A DNA stretch of 63,993 nucleotides, the filler included, from an uncultured bacterium (GTDB taxonomy: Bacteria; Latescibacterota; UBA2968), in the NCBI GenBank assembly GCA_964471275.1. It is 3 parts of 3 records of this genome, joined end to end, with 100 filler letters (N's around TTAATTAATTAA, not from the genome) between each part and the next. Parts side by side here need not be neighbours in the genome. Positions count along the whole stretch, not along the records: positions 1 to 21,543 come from CAYYGZ010000055.1; positions 21,644 to 43,100 come from CAYYGZ010000056.1; 1 more part is not named here. One strand, given 5' to 3'. Below the pieces are notes generated by a model. The model saw only the letters and a list, made by a program, of their open reading frames with translations, made no database searches and had not been told where the DNA came from. This document shows, one piece after another, positions 20,501-30,914 of the stretch. Within the stretch, counting starts at the first letter, position 1. The number at the start of each line of letters is the position of its first letter. The translations under genes and the position numbers were made by a program.

Positions 20501-21543
20501 TCAGTTCTCAAGGATACCGGCCCCGTCAGCGGGATGGCAGATCAGAACTCCATCCGATTGGGCGGCGCGTTCAGGCTGTCTTGCGGTATAGGCCTCGACG
20601 ACGTGTTGTGCAGCGGTTTCCGCCTTCTCGGGGTCAACCAGTGCGATGCTGCAGCCTCGGAACCCTCCGCCGCTGAATCGCGCGCCGTAGATGCCATCGG
20701 TTTCGATCAAGATATTGTAGAGGTCAATCAGAGGCTCCGAACCGCACTCATAGTTCTCGACGGAGCTGCGACCGGATTCTGTAATCAACTGGCCGAACCG
20801 GTCAAGGTTTCCTTGCTTCCATGCCTCGATTCCCTGCCCGACCCTTGCGGATTCGGTGAAGAAATGCTCTGCTCTCTTGGCGGGGTCTCCTGAGAGCAGG
20901 TCGCTGTGTTGTGCGTATTCTTCGTCCGTGATATTACCAAGTAACGGTTTGTCGTCATGCCTGCCCATTGCACCGAGGAGTGTCTGTGCGGCCTCCGCGC
21001 ACTCATCGACTCGCGTGTTGTAGCCCGTGGAGACGAGAGCGTCCTTAACACCGGAGTAGGCGATCAGGATCGAGTAGGGAGGCATCTCCTCGGACTGCGG
21101 GACGAGATGATGGGATACGGTCTTGCAGTCGATGACGGTCAGGTGTCTGTTGCGGGAGAGGATGATCGCCGACTGGTCGAGGATTCCGTTTCTGAGGCCC
21201 AGGTATTCATTCTCGATCAAACGGTCCAGTTCGATGTTCTGCTCCTGTGTGACCCGGATTGCGTTGGCCGCTTCGAAGGCCATCAAGTAGGCGACCCCGA
21301 TCGCGGCCGACGAACTGAGTCCGCCTTCACCAATCTGTCCTGCCGTGACCCCGACGATGCCCTGATCCACCGTGTGTGAGCTCTGAAGTGCCTGCACAGC
21401 GCCGCACGCGTAGTCCGCCCACGATTCGGCATCACGGGGTGGGACGTTATTCACGGAGAACGCGATCTCGCCACTGAAGGTCTGGCTTGACAGCCGCACT
21501 TCGGGTGAACCGGAAGGAGCAAAGGCAAGGTAGACGGCGCGAT
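20501..21543 (-). CDS. GHMP kinase, galacturonokinase/galactokinase-like (5' end lost at contig edge)
   Basis: GLSSSAA, ENEYLGLRNGILDQ, YNTRVDEC, KRAEHF, NYECGSEPL, GARFSGGGFRGC. Confidence 0.88.
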
Positions 21544-21643
21544 NNNNNNNNNNNNNNNNNNNNNNNNNNNNNNNNNNNNNNNNNNNNTTAATTAATTAAN
21601 NNNNNNNNNNNNNNNNNNNNNNNNNNNNNNNNNNNNNNNNNNN
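21544..21643. other. Artificial contig spacer
   Basis: N44-TTAATTAATTAA-N44, with stops in all frames. Confidence 0.97.
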
Positions 21644-21698
21644 GTATCAGCAACCGCATCCTAACTCTGGATGTGGACACATAGATGGGGGCAGGTCA
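21644..21698 (+). mobile_element. IS3-family terminal inverted repeat at contig start
   Basis: ...GTGGACACATAGATGGGGGCAGGTCA (reverse complement TGACCTGCCCCC...), directly abutting a truncated gene. Confidence 0.65.
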
Positions 21699-21962
21699 GT
21701 GTTCAATGCGACGGGTTCGAACGAGCTGATCGATATTGCAAGGGAGGTCAAGCGTATCGTGCTTGAAGATGACTACTTCGTTTCTCGTCACCTCTATCCC
21801 AATGTCGACTTCTACTCGGGGCTGATCTACCAGTCGCTGGGGCTGCCGATCGATATGATGACCGTTATGTTCGCCATTCCCAGAACAGTGGGATGGCTTG
21901 CTCAGTGGAATGAGACGCTAGATGATCCTGACCTCACGATCGCCCGTCCCGGTCAGATCTAG
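21699..21962 (+). pseudogene. gltA: Citrate synthase C-terminal fragment
   Basis: LYPNVDFYSGLIY...FAIPRTVGWLAQW...IARPGQI* (usually RPRQIY). Confidence 0.85.
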
Positions 21963-22340
21963 GTGGGCGATATGAGAGGTGCCTGAGCCCGGGTGATGTC
22001 AGCGGATCGCACCGCAACACAACACAGCCTTGATCCTCACATCGATAATCAGGAGGAATTCGAACCTATCGCCGCCAGAGAAGTCCAAAGCAGTCACGCA
22101 ACCGCATGCCGTCCCCGGATGGACAGTCAGGAAGCGGATCCGTAGTGCCCGGCTGACCAGAATTAGCGTTCTATGTGCACGTAGAAAGGCTTCTGGAGAC
22201 ATAACATCACTGTTCATTCCGCCAATTCTGCCGATGAAAGAAAGGGTAGCGCGTTTTGGAGGGCATTGCCTTATGTTGATTCAACATCAGGGACAGTGTC
22301 TTTGTTCTTCCCGTAGATTCAGAGATTTTGGAGAGCCGCC

Positions 22341-23357
22341 ATGGCGGAAGAAGAAGATGGTGATGAGCTATCTGCAGGCACCAAGGTAGCGATTCTGATG
22401 ATCTCGCTCGGTCAGGAAACCACCGCTGAGGTGATGAAGTATCTGACCGATATGGAGATCGAGCGGATTGCTCAGAATATCGCCGAACTCGAGGTCGTGA
22501 CGACCGAGCAGGAGGACGAAGTCCTCGAAGAGTTCGAGCAGATGCTGATCGCGGGACAGTATGTCTCGCAAGGCGGGATGGATTTTGCTCGAGGCGCGCT
22601 CGAAAAAGCGATGGGTCCACGGAAAGCTCAAGCCCTGCTTGATCGCGTATCCTCAACGACGACGAGTGGTTTCTACATGATGCGGAACGTCGATCCCAAT
22701 CAGATCATTCCGTTCATTAGCAAAGAGCATCCACAAACCATCGCTCTGATCCTTTCTCAGCTCGAATCGACGCAGGCAGCGGGCGTGGTGAGCGGTCTGT
22801 CAGAAGAACTTCAGGCGGATGTCTCGTATCGGATCGCCACGATGGAGAGTATTTCACCCCAGGTGCTTCGAGAGCTGGAGGACAGTCTCGCCGAGAACCT
22901 GCAGACGATCCTCTCCGGTCAGGTGACCGAGATCGGCGGACCGAAGGCCGTGGCCGAGATCCTCAACAGCACAGGTCGTTCCACAGAGAAGGCCGTGCTC
23001 GAACGCCTGGACGCGCAGGATCCGGAGCTCGCCGAGGATGTCCGCAACCAGATGTTTGTCTTTGACGATATCGCGAACCTGACGGATCGAGAGATTCAGC
23101 TGATCCTGAGAGAGGTCGATTCCAAGGACCTCTCAACAGCGCTCAAGGGTGCGAACGATGAGATGAAGGATCGTATTTTCGGTAACGTGTCCGAACGTGT
23201 GGGAACGATGATGAAGGAGGAGATGGGCTTCTCTGGACCTGTTCGGATGAGCGACGTGGAAGAGGTGCAGCTGCGGATCGTACAGACCGTGCGGCAGCTC
23301 GAAGAAGCGGGTCAGGTCACGATCGTTCGCGGGGACAGCAACGATCAGTTTGTCTAG
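22341..23357 (+). CDS. fliG: Flagellar motor switch protein FliG
   Basis: KVAILMISLG, EHPQTIALILS, MFVFDD, REVD, LKGA, full length 338 aa. Confidence 0.96.
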   Translation: MAEEEDGDELSAGTKVAILMISLGQETTAEVMKYLTDMEIERIAQNIAELEVVTTEQEDEVLEEFEQMLIAGQYVSQGGMDFARGALEKAMGPRKAQALLDRVSSTTTSGFYMMRNVDPNQIIPFISKEHPQTIALILSQLESTQAAGVVSGLSEELQADVSYRIATMESISPQVLRELEDSLAENLQTILSGQVTEIGGPKAVAEILNSTGRSTEKAVLERLDAQDPELAEDVRNQMFVFDDIANLTDREIQLILREVDSKDLSTALKGANDEMKDRIFGNVSERVGTMMKEEMGFSGPVRMSDVEEVQLRIVQTVRQLEEAGQVTIVRGDSNDQFV

Positions 23358-23427
23358 AACGGACGTATCCCCTTAGATGATCTGGCGACACATAGTTTAG
23401 TTTGGTGAACATACAGTCTTTGTATTG

Positions 23428-23458
23428 ACGGGCGACCTCTCGATGTCGCCCGTTTTTG
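23428..23458 (+). terminator. Intrinsic terminator after fliG
   Basis: ACGGGCGAC-N8-GTCGCCCGT followed by TTTT. Confidence 0.7.
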
Positions 23459-23662
23459 TGTGTGAGCCCACCTCCACCGTTCCGATCTCGTTGACCTTAA
23501 CTCCCGCCAGAGCCATTCAAGAGAAAGAAGGGCCACCTTCACTCTTGAGCACAAAACGCTGTTGTCGAAGATCGATTCAGACTCTCATTGTCCTTCACGA
23601 ACGGATGGTTCAGGCCTTCATCCAGAAAGGGGGCCAACACCTCGGTGAATCCGCTCGGTGCG

Positions 23663-24526
23663 TCAGGATGCCTGCCGGGGATTCCGTCCAAGGAGCGCCA
23701 CGGCAATGCCAGCGAGAATGACAGCGCCGCCAATCAGCGTATGCGTAGATGGAGATTCGTAGAGAACCAGGTATGCGAGTCCAGAGGAAGAGATCGGCTC
23801 GAGGAGCATCAGCAGGGCCAGGTGCGAGGGCGAGATACACTTCAATGAGTAGTTGAAAGAGGTGTGACCGAGGAGCTGCGGGCCAGCCGCCAAGGCAAAG
23901 AAGAGGCCGTAATCCCGGAGTGAATGTCCCCACAATTCCTGGCCCGCCAGGAAGAGAAAGACGACGAGTACGGTGGCGGCAATCGAGTAGACGGCGGTGA
24001 TGTAAGGGGTTAGGGCAGAATCAAGTCGTTGACGACTGCCGATCAGCAGATGTCCCGACATCGCGATGGCTCCGGCCACGGCCATCAAGTCGCCGAACAG
24101 AGCGTGTTCGGTGCCAACGTCACCATAGGAAATCCAGAATGTGCCGCCGAGAGCTACGAGTGTTCCGACCAGGAGGCGGGGACGAAACCGTTCACGGAGG
24201 ATGAGCCAGGCGCCCAGACCGACGAAGACGGGGTTGGTCGTGACGAGAAATGCAGAATTCGCGACCGAGGTGTGGGAAAGCGAGCTGACCCAGGTGGCGA
24301 AATGGACAGCCAGCAGGACGCCGCTGCCAACGATCGGTATCGTTCTTGCACGGACAAGCCGCAGCGTTTCTTCCCGGTGGCGTGTGAGCGAGATGGGGAT
24401 GAGGAAGGCGGCAGCGATCAGCATACGATAGGCGGCGATGACGAGCGGATGGGCATCGCAGAGCTTGATCATGATTGCGGCGGAGGATGACGCGCCGATT
24501 CCGAAGAGCAGGATCAGATAGACCAA
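23663..24526 (-). CDS. DMT/EamA family transporter
   Basis: About 10 TM helices, two EamA repeats, LLEP motif. Confidence 0.88.
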   Translation of the reverse strand: MVYLILLFGIGASSSAAIMIKLCDAHPLVIAAYRMLIAAAFLIPISLTRHREETLRLVRARTIPIVGSGVLLAVHFATWVSSLSHTSVANSAFLVTTNPVFVGLGAWLILRERFRPRLLVGTLVALGGTFWISYGDVGTEHALFGDLMAVAGAIAMSGHLLIGSRQRLDSALTPYITAVYSIAATVLVVFLFLAGQELWGHSLRDYGLFFALAAGPQLLGHTSFNYSLKCISPSHLALLMLLEPISSSGLAYLVLYESPSTHTLIGGAVILAGIAVALLGRNPRQAS

Positions 24527-24541
24527 ATCGATCGCGTCCGG

Positions 24542-25879
24542 TCAGGATGCTGGAGGCTCGGTGCCGTTCGTGAGATCTCTGGCTCTGAGCTCCTGCCACC
24601 AGTCCATCAAGGCACGGATGTTTTTCTCGTATCCACGGTCTGTAGGCTGGTAGTATTCACGTCCGGAGAGGTCGTCAGGCAGGTAGTCCTGGGGAACGTA
24701 GCCGTGTTCACTGTCGTGGTCGTAGTGATACCCGTCGCCATAGCCGAGGTCGCGCATCAGACCTGACGGAGCATTCCGGATATGCTTGGGTACGGGCAAA
24801 TTCGGTTGGGTCTGCACGTCGTCCGCAGCCTCTGAGTAGGCCTTGTAGACGGCATTGCTCTTTGGTGCCGTCGCGAGATACACGGCGGTCTGGGCGATCG
24901 CAAGATCTCCCTCCGGACTACCTAGGATGTCGAACGACTCACGAGCGGCGAGCGAGATCGAGAGGGCGCGTGGGTCCGCGTTGCCGATATCTTCCGAGGC
25001 GAAACGGATCATTCTTCGCAGGATATAGTGGGGGTGTTCACCTGATGCGAGCATTCGGGCAACCCAGTAGAGGGCGGCGTGTGGATCGCTACCACGTAGG
25101 CTTTTGTGCAATGCGGAGATCAGATTGTAGTGTTCTTCTCCGCTCTTATCGTAGAGGAGTGACTTGGACCCGAGCACCTCACCGATCAGCTCCCGGGTCA
25201 GCGGGGCGCCTTCAGCTTCTGCCGCGGCGGCGACGGTCTCCAGCGTGTTGATGGCTCGCCGTGCATCTCCCTCGGCATTGCTCGCGATGAGTTCCAGCGC
25301 ATCGTTGCCGATTCGCTCTTCGGTCACACCGATTGTGGCAGCGACCTTCGCCAACAGGTCGTGTATCACGGATCCATCGAGCGGGTTCAGCACAAATACG
25401 CGTGCCCTCGAGAGCAGGGCCGCATTGACTTCAAAGGAAGGATTCTCAGTCGTCGCACCGATCAGGATGATGGTGCCGTTCTCGACGTGGGGGAGGAATG
25501 CGTCCTGCTGTGCGCGGTTGAATCGGTGGATTTCGTCGATGAACAGGATCGTGCGACGGCCAAGTTTCTTCTCCTCGGCCGCGCGAGCGATGATGATTCG
25601 GACGTCTTTGACCCCGGATGTGACAGCGCTGAAGAAGACAAACCGGCTCTGCGTGGTGTTGGCGATAACCCGAGCGAGCGTGGTCTTTCCGGACCCGGGC
25701 GGGCCCCAGAGGATCATGGATGGAATCTGGTCGGTCTCGATCAGTTTCCGGAGAGGCGCATTCGGCCCTGCGAGATGTTCCTGTCCGAGCACATCGTCGA
25801 GTGTCTGAGGTCGAACACGCTCAGCCAGCGGCTCGTGCGCAGCCGTGATCTCACTCTCGAAGAGATCACCCGCACTCAT
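24542..25879 (-). CDS. rarA: Replication-associated recombination protein A
   Basis: PLAERVRP, GPPGSGKTT, DEIHRFN..QQD, ATTENP, SALHKSLRGSD, TAPKSN. Confidence 0.95.
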   Translation of the reverse strand: MSAGDLFESEITAAHEPLAERVRPQTLDDVLGQEHLAGPNAPLRKLIETDQIPSMILWGPPGSGKTTLARVIANTTQSRFVFFSAVTSGVKDVRIIIARAAEEKKLGRRTILFIDEIHRFNRAQQDAFLPHVENGTIILIGATTENPSFEVNAALLSRARVFVLNPLDGSVIHDLLAKVAATIGVTEERIGNDALELIASNAEGDARRAINTLETVAAAAEAEGAPLTRELIGEVLGSKSLLYDKSGEEHYNLISALHKSLRGSDPHAALYWVARMLASGEHPHYILRRMIRFASEDIGNADPRALSISLAARESFDILGSPEGDLAIAQTAVYLATAPKSNAVYKAYSEAADDVQTQPNLPVPKHIRNAPSGLMRDLGYGDGYHYDHDSEHGYVPQDYLPDDLSGREYYQPTDRGYEKNIRALMDWWQELRARDLTNGTEPPAS

Positions 25880-26325
25880 CGCTGACCTTCCCGGTCTGTC
25901 GGCGGGTCGTCGTCGCTCTTTCCCCGCTTGCCGCTGCCAAAATCGAATCCGGCGGCACCCCAATCGATTTCCGGAAGACTGTCCGGCTCGATCCGGTCGG
26001 GCAATTCCTTCTGCACCTGCTTGAGTATGTCCTTCGCGGACGGGTCGTCTGGGAGCTCGGGTGTCTGGATATCCGGTTGGGGTGGGGCATCGGGGTCGTA
26101 CCCGGAGCCCGAAAATGATGAGGCAGCCAGATCTTCCAGGATGCCGTTGACCTCCTCGAGAACGGATTCACGCACATCCGGTGGTATCTCCCGCATCTTT
26201 CGCATAGTTTCGACGATCGGGAGCAGCTCGTCCGCGCCCAATCGGTTCAGTATGCGCTGTGATCGCTCCGGACCCAGAGCAATCAGAAGGACCGCGACCT
26301 TCTCGATTTCTGTCATATCCGGCAT
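25876..26325 (-). CDS. FliG N-terminal-domain-like protein with acidic/Pro-rich tail
   Basis: EKVAVLLIALGPERSQRILNRL...RESVLEEV aligns by eye with FliG TKVAILMISLGQETTAEVMKYL...EDEVLEEF. Confidence 0.65.
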   Translation of the reverse strand: MPDMTEIEKVAVLLIALGPERSQRILNRLGADELLPIVETMRKMREIPPDVRESVLEEVNGILEDLAASSFSGSGYDPDAPPQPDIQTPELPDDPSAKDILKQVQKELPDRIEPDSLPEIDWGAAGFDFGSGKRGKSDDDPPTDREGQR

Positions 26326-26571
26326 TCAGGTTGTAGTCTCCAGCAGCTTCCTGGCAAGCTGCTTTTCGCTTACACGGTAGACAAAAATTTCCTCTTCATC
26401 GACGGTAATGACGGGGATCTTCTCGCAGTAGCGATCGAACAAGGCTTGTGTTCCCCTGATATCGATGAGTTCGAGTTCAAAAGGGATCTCACGCTGGACG
26501 TTCGCCACACGCTCCTTTGCGATATCGCAAAGGTGACAGTCAGGCTTCGAATAGATTGTGACCTTCCTCAT
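26326..26571 (-). CDS. Glutaredoxin-like protein (DUF836)
   Basis: VTIYSKPDCHLCD...IPV. Confidence 0.85.
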   Translation of the reverse strand: MRKVTIYSKPDCHLCDIAKERVANVQREIPFELELIDIRGTQALFDRYCEKIPVITVDEEEIFVYRVSEKQLARKLLETTT

Positions 26572-26681
26572 ATCACTTAAGAAAGGTCTCGCGCGGGAAC
26601 GGGTCAAGCAATCCCGTTGTCTGGGCCCCAAGAGCACGTATCTTAGCTGTCGCAATCTGAAATCTCAACTAGGAGGATCTT

Positions 26682-28859
26682 TTGATCGAGCAACACCCTT
26701 CGGAATCACTCGTCAGGGAGCGGTATGGTTGGGCGGAAATGGAGCCCGGCGGCCCAGTTGTCGCCGGCGAGACTGGATCGTGGCGGATCACCTACCATGC
26801 CGGTCGCTATGGCATCGATGATGGAGGCGTGATCAAGTTCGCCTGGCGGGACGTCAGTGATTGGGCCTATCCGCAGTTCGATGATCCATCTGAACCCGCC
26901 TACGCATCAGTCGTGACAGACGGGTCGGCGATGCTTCGCCCGCGGTTCGACAAACAGCGTTATGTGAGGCCGTGGCGACTGTGTGTCACGGTTGACGTGT
27001 TTGACGACTCGCTGCGGGAGGGGGACACGATCACTTTGACGATCGGGGACCGGTCGGGTGGGAGTCCGGGAAGCCGTGCACAATCCTTCTGTAAGGAGGC
27101 TTTCGAGTTTCGTGTTTCGGTCGACTGGTGTGGCACGTGGGTCTACACTGAAGTGCCATCGCCCGTGTTTCCAATCGTGAACGGTCCTCCTGCGAAGCTG
27201 GTCGTGGTCGGACCCTCGGTTACCGTGCCGGACGAGAAGACGTGGTGCGGCGTCAAGCTCGAGGATCTGTGGGGAAACCCGTGTCGTGACTACGCTGGAG
27301 AAGTGGTGCTGACGGCCGACGGTGTGGATGGGTTGCCGGCCTCGTACCGGTTCACTGCCGAAGATCAGGGATCGCATCGATTCGAGGGGCTGTCCGTCGC
27401 GGGACCGGGAATGTACTCGATTCTGGCTGAAGAGACCCAAGCAGGTCTCGAGGCGAGGGGAAACCCACTTGTGTGTAAGCCCGTGATCGGCAAGACCCGG
27501 TCCTTCTGGGGGGATCTGCACGGCCAGAGTGAAGAGACCGTTGGCACGAATCCTGTGTCTTCCTACTTCACGTTCGCTCGCGATGCCGCCCTTGTGGATT
27601 TCGCCGGCCACCAGGGGAACGATTTTCAGATCACAGAGAGCGTCTGGGATGAGATCAAGCATCAGGCCAACACGCACAACGATCCTGGACGGTTTGTCGC
27701 TTTCGTCGGGTGGGAATGGTCGGGTAACACTCCCGTGGGAGGCGATCACAACGTCTACTACCCAGGAGATGAGGGTCCGTTGTTCCGGTCCAGCCACGTG
27801 TTGATTCCCGACAAATCTGATCTCGACACGGATTGTCTGCACGTAACAGATCTGTACAGGGCGCTGAAGGGCAAGGACGCCTTGCTGGTTCCGCACGTTG
27901 GTGGGCGATACGCCAATCTCGAGTGGCACGATCCTGATCTCGAGGCCGTCATCGAAGTCTACTCGGAGTGGGGTGAGTTTGAGTGGTTCCTGAAAGAGGC
28001 GATCGAGAAAGGATATCGAGTCGGTTTCACTGCCGGGAGCGATGACCACAAGGGGCGTCCGGGGGCTGCCTACTCAGGGAGTGGATCGTTCGGAGTCTAT
28101 GGTGGTCTGACGTGTGTTCAGGCATCCGAACTGTCGCGTGAAGGACTGTGGGAGGCAATCAAGGCACGCCGTTGCTACGGGACGACAGGACAGCGTATTC
28201 TGATCGAGGCGACTTCGGATGGTCACCCGATGGGCTCGGCATACGAGTCAGATTCGGGACCTGGAATCGATGTACGTGTCTTCGGTACGGCACCGATCGA
28301 GCGGATCGACATTGTGAGGGGAACCGAGGAGGCATACTCGTATCCGGAGGATCCGGAGCGTTCGAAAGACCGTGTGCGAGTTGCTTGGTCCGGGCAGCGG
28401 ATCCGTGCCCGAAACCGGATGGTTCGTTGGGATGGTGGTTTGGCGGTCGAGGGTGGAAACCTGTCGAGCGTCTCTGGATACGCGTTTGACACGCCCGCCG
28501 AAGGCATCACCTCGGTCACGGATAGCTCAATTGCGTGGCGTTCGGTGACGACCGGGGATGCGGACGGCGTTCTGTTTGTCGTGGAAGGCGGCGATGATGC
28601 CCGGATCGCCTTCAACACACCGGTCTTGAATCGTGCAGTCGCGCTGGGAACGGTGAGGATGGGTCCAGTCACGATCGAGGCGGGAGGAGTCGACATGAAG
28701 ATTGTATTCGAGATGGCGCCGACAGGTGTCGGGCGAGAGGCGCACGTGACCTTTAAAGATGCGAATGCTCCGAAGGGAACGACACCCTACTGGATTCGCG
28801 TGACGCAGACCGACGGTGCAAAGGCCTGGGTCAGCCCGTTCTATGTGACAGTCCGTTGA
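26682..28859 (+). CDS. DUF3604 domain protein (PHP-like metallohydrolase)
   Basis: WGDLHGQSEET, GWEWS, GDHNV, PHVGG, GSDDHKGRPG, RCYGTTG, WVSP. Confidence 0.8.
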   Translation: MIEQHPSESLVRERYGWAEMEPGGPVVAGETGSWRITYHAGRYGIDDGGVIKFAWRDVSDWAYPQFDDPSEPAYASVVTDGSAMLRPRFDKQRYVRPWRLCVTVDVFDDSLREGDTITLTIGDRSGGSPGSRAQSFCKEAFEFRVSVDWCGTWVYTEVPSPVFPIVNGPPAKLVVVGPSVTVPDEKTWCGVKLEDLWGNPCRDYAGEVVLTADGVDGLPASYRFTAEDQGSHRFEGLSVAGPGMYSILAEETQAGLEARGNPLVCKPVIGKTRSFWGDLHGQSEETVGTNPVSSYFTFARDAALVDFAGHQGNDFQITESVWDEIKHQANTHNDPGRFVAFVGWEWSGNTPVGGDHNVYYPGDEGPLFRSSHVLIPDKSDLDTDCLHVTDLYRALKGKDALLVPHVGGRYANLEWHDPDLEAVIEVYSEWGEFEWFLKEAIEKGYRVGFTAGSDDHKGRPGAAYSGSGSFGVYGGLTCVQASELSREGLWEAIKARRCYGTTGQRILIEATSDGHPMGSAYESDSGPGIDVRVFGTAPIERIDIVRGTEEAYSYPEDPERSKDRVRVAWSGQRIRARNRMVRWDGGLAVEGGNLSSVSGYAFDTPAEGITSVTDSSIAWRSVTTGDADGVLFVVEGGDDARIAFNTPVLNRAVALGTVRMGPVTIEAGGVDMKIVFEMAPTGVGREAHVTFKDANAPKGTTPYWIRVTQTDGAKAWVSPFYVTVR

Positions 28860-30001
28860 TGGCAGATCGTATATCGATCGCGCCGTCCAACCGCGGGTGG
28901 GATGTCAAACTGACCGTTCGTGACTAGGCCGTCAGCGGGCTCGCCCTAGTCGACCAGGAAGTCAGGCTCGGGTCTGCGCGGTTGAAGATGGCCGGGATTG
29001 TCGGTGTACGGACGGGTGAGGAACACCGGAAACGAGGGTATGCCTCACGTGTGATGTGGGCGGCGATCGAGGAAATGGCACGTCGGCGGTACGACGTGAG
29101 TGTGTTGTTCGGGATCGAGGACTTCTACCATCATTACGGTTACTCAGTCTACTTTCCGAGCACGGCGTGCAGCGTGGTGGTCGAGGCTCTGCCCGCCTCG
29201 ATGATGTCCGGCTACCGGGCACGTCTTGCGAAGTCTGGGGACCTTCCGCAGATCTTGCGATTGTATCGCCTGTCGAACGTCGACCGAACAGCGAGTACGA
29301 TCCGACCCCGGTCGTGGTTGCCCCGGCACCGACTTCCGGGAGACGGCTGGCGGATGCCGCGCATGGGCGGCGACACGGTGCGCAGGCCGGGCCGGGCGAT
29401 CGTCGTGGCGAGGGGGAAGCGTGTGGTTGCCTACGCGGAGTTCGATGCACAGGATGGCCACTGCACGGTGAGTGAGGTTGGCGGGAGCCCTGACGGCTAC
29501 CCGGCCCTGACCCGCCGTATTCGACAGATTGCGACCGGAGTCGGGGCCGTACGCATCTGATTCTGTCTGCCCGCGGACGATCCTTTCGGAGCCTATCTCC
29601 AGAGATACAGTTGCACCTGGAGCGTTCACTACCCGGAGAACAGCGGCTCGATGGCGCGCGTCATCGAGCTGGAGTCGACGTTCCGGAAACTGATTCCCAC
29701 GATCGAGACACGACTGGCCGGGACGGAGGTCGAGTTCCCGGGAGAGGGCCTCGAATTCGTCACGGACATTGGCTCGGTGTGTCTGCAGCAGCGAGTGAAA
29801 CGCCTGATCTTGGCGAATGCGAATACAAAGTCGAAGGTTCGGATCGACCAGCCCGACCTGGTCCAGCTTCTGTTCGGATACCGCTCGGTCGAGGATCTGC
29901 TGATCGAGCGAGAAATCCAGGTCGTAAAGAAGCATACGTCGGCCGTTTCAGCGCTCTTCCCGAAGCAGAATCCGTATATGTGGTGGGGCGACCGTTACTA
30001 A
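28859..30001 (+). pseudogene. Eis-like GNAT acetyltransferase with two in-frame stops
   Basis: One frame from ATG 28859 to TAA 30001, interrupted by TAG at 28925 and TGA at 29558; HRKRGYAS, LFGI.DFYHHYGY, MARVI, LFGY motifs. Confidence 0.8.
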
Positions 30002-30013
30002 GGAGTCGAGAGC

Positions 30014-30754
30014 ATAGAACTGACGATTGGACTTCTTAGTCCGGGAGATATGGGAAGCGCCGTGGGCAGGCGGATCGCCGATTACGACGCTGAAGTGATC
30101 ACGTGCCTGTCGGGCAGGAGCGAATGGACCCAGTCGCTGGCCGTAGCGGCCGGGATCGCAGCGGTGCCCGACTACAACGAGCTGGTCGCCCGCTGTGATC
30201 TGGTTATCTCGATTATCGTGCCTTCGGAAGCACCCAAGCCGTGCCGATTGCCAATCTGGGGAAGGATCTGGCGTATGTGGATCGCAACGCGATCGCGCCG
30301 AGCACAGCAGGGCAGGTGGCCGATGTCATCCAGGAGGCCGGAGGAAGGCCGATCGACGCCGGGATTATCGGTGGTCCGCCGAGCGGGCTGAAGATGTGGC
30401 TACGCCGCTTCGACCAAGGGCACGTCTGCGTTGATGCTGGAACTGCTGATTGCGGCCAGGAAACTGGGGCTCTATGATGCGCTGATCGGCGAATTCGCGC
30501 AGAGCCAGGAAGCGAGGCCCAAGTCCCTGAACGGTCTGGCCAGTGTGCCGTCAAAATCGCGCCGGTGGATCGGTGAGATGGAAGAGATTGCGAAGACCTT
30601 CGGTGAGATAGGGCTGACTCCGAATATGTTCACCGGTGCCGCGGAGATGTTCAGGCTGGTCGGCGACAGTGTCCTCGCTGATGAGACACCGGAGAATCGT
30701 GATCAGAATCGATCGATTGAGGATATGATCCGAGCGCTGTCAGGGGAAGAGTAA
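30014..30754 (+). pseudogene. NAD(P)-dependent oxidoreductase (6PGDH-like/DUF1932), degraded
   Basis: IGLLSPGDMGS, DxNAIAP, DAGIIGGPP, LKM, RRWIGEMEEIAKTF. ATA in the start position after AGGAG, two frameshifts and an internal deletion. Confidence 0.8.
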
Positions 30755-30914
30755 GGGCGTCGAGGATCCCCCGTGCCTTCGAGTGTCCGCCTGCGGCGGG
30801 TGTATCGAGAAGCCGGAATCGGTTCGAGGATCTGTTATGCCGGGCTCTCGATACATCCTGCTCAAGAGCGCAGGCCTACTCGAACACGCGGTGCCTTACG
30901 TCTTCCAGTTGCCG

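Noticed and set aside
21544..21643. TTAATTAATTAA repeated at 21588 and 43145 as a biological repeat
   Set aside because: Flanked by exactly 44 N on each side; an artificial concatenation linker
28859..30001. Stop-codon recoding (Sec, Pyl or an alternative code) to explain in-frame TAG/TGA
   Set aside because: Internal stops across the window include TAG, TGA and TAA, co-occur with frameshifts and deletions, and all three codons end intact genes; decay is simpler
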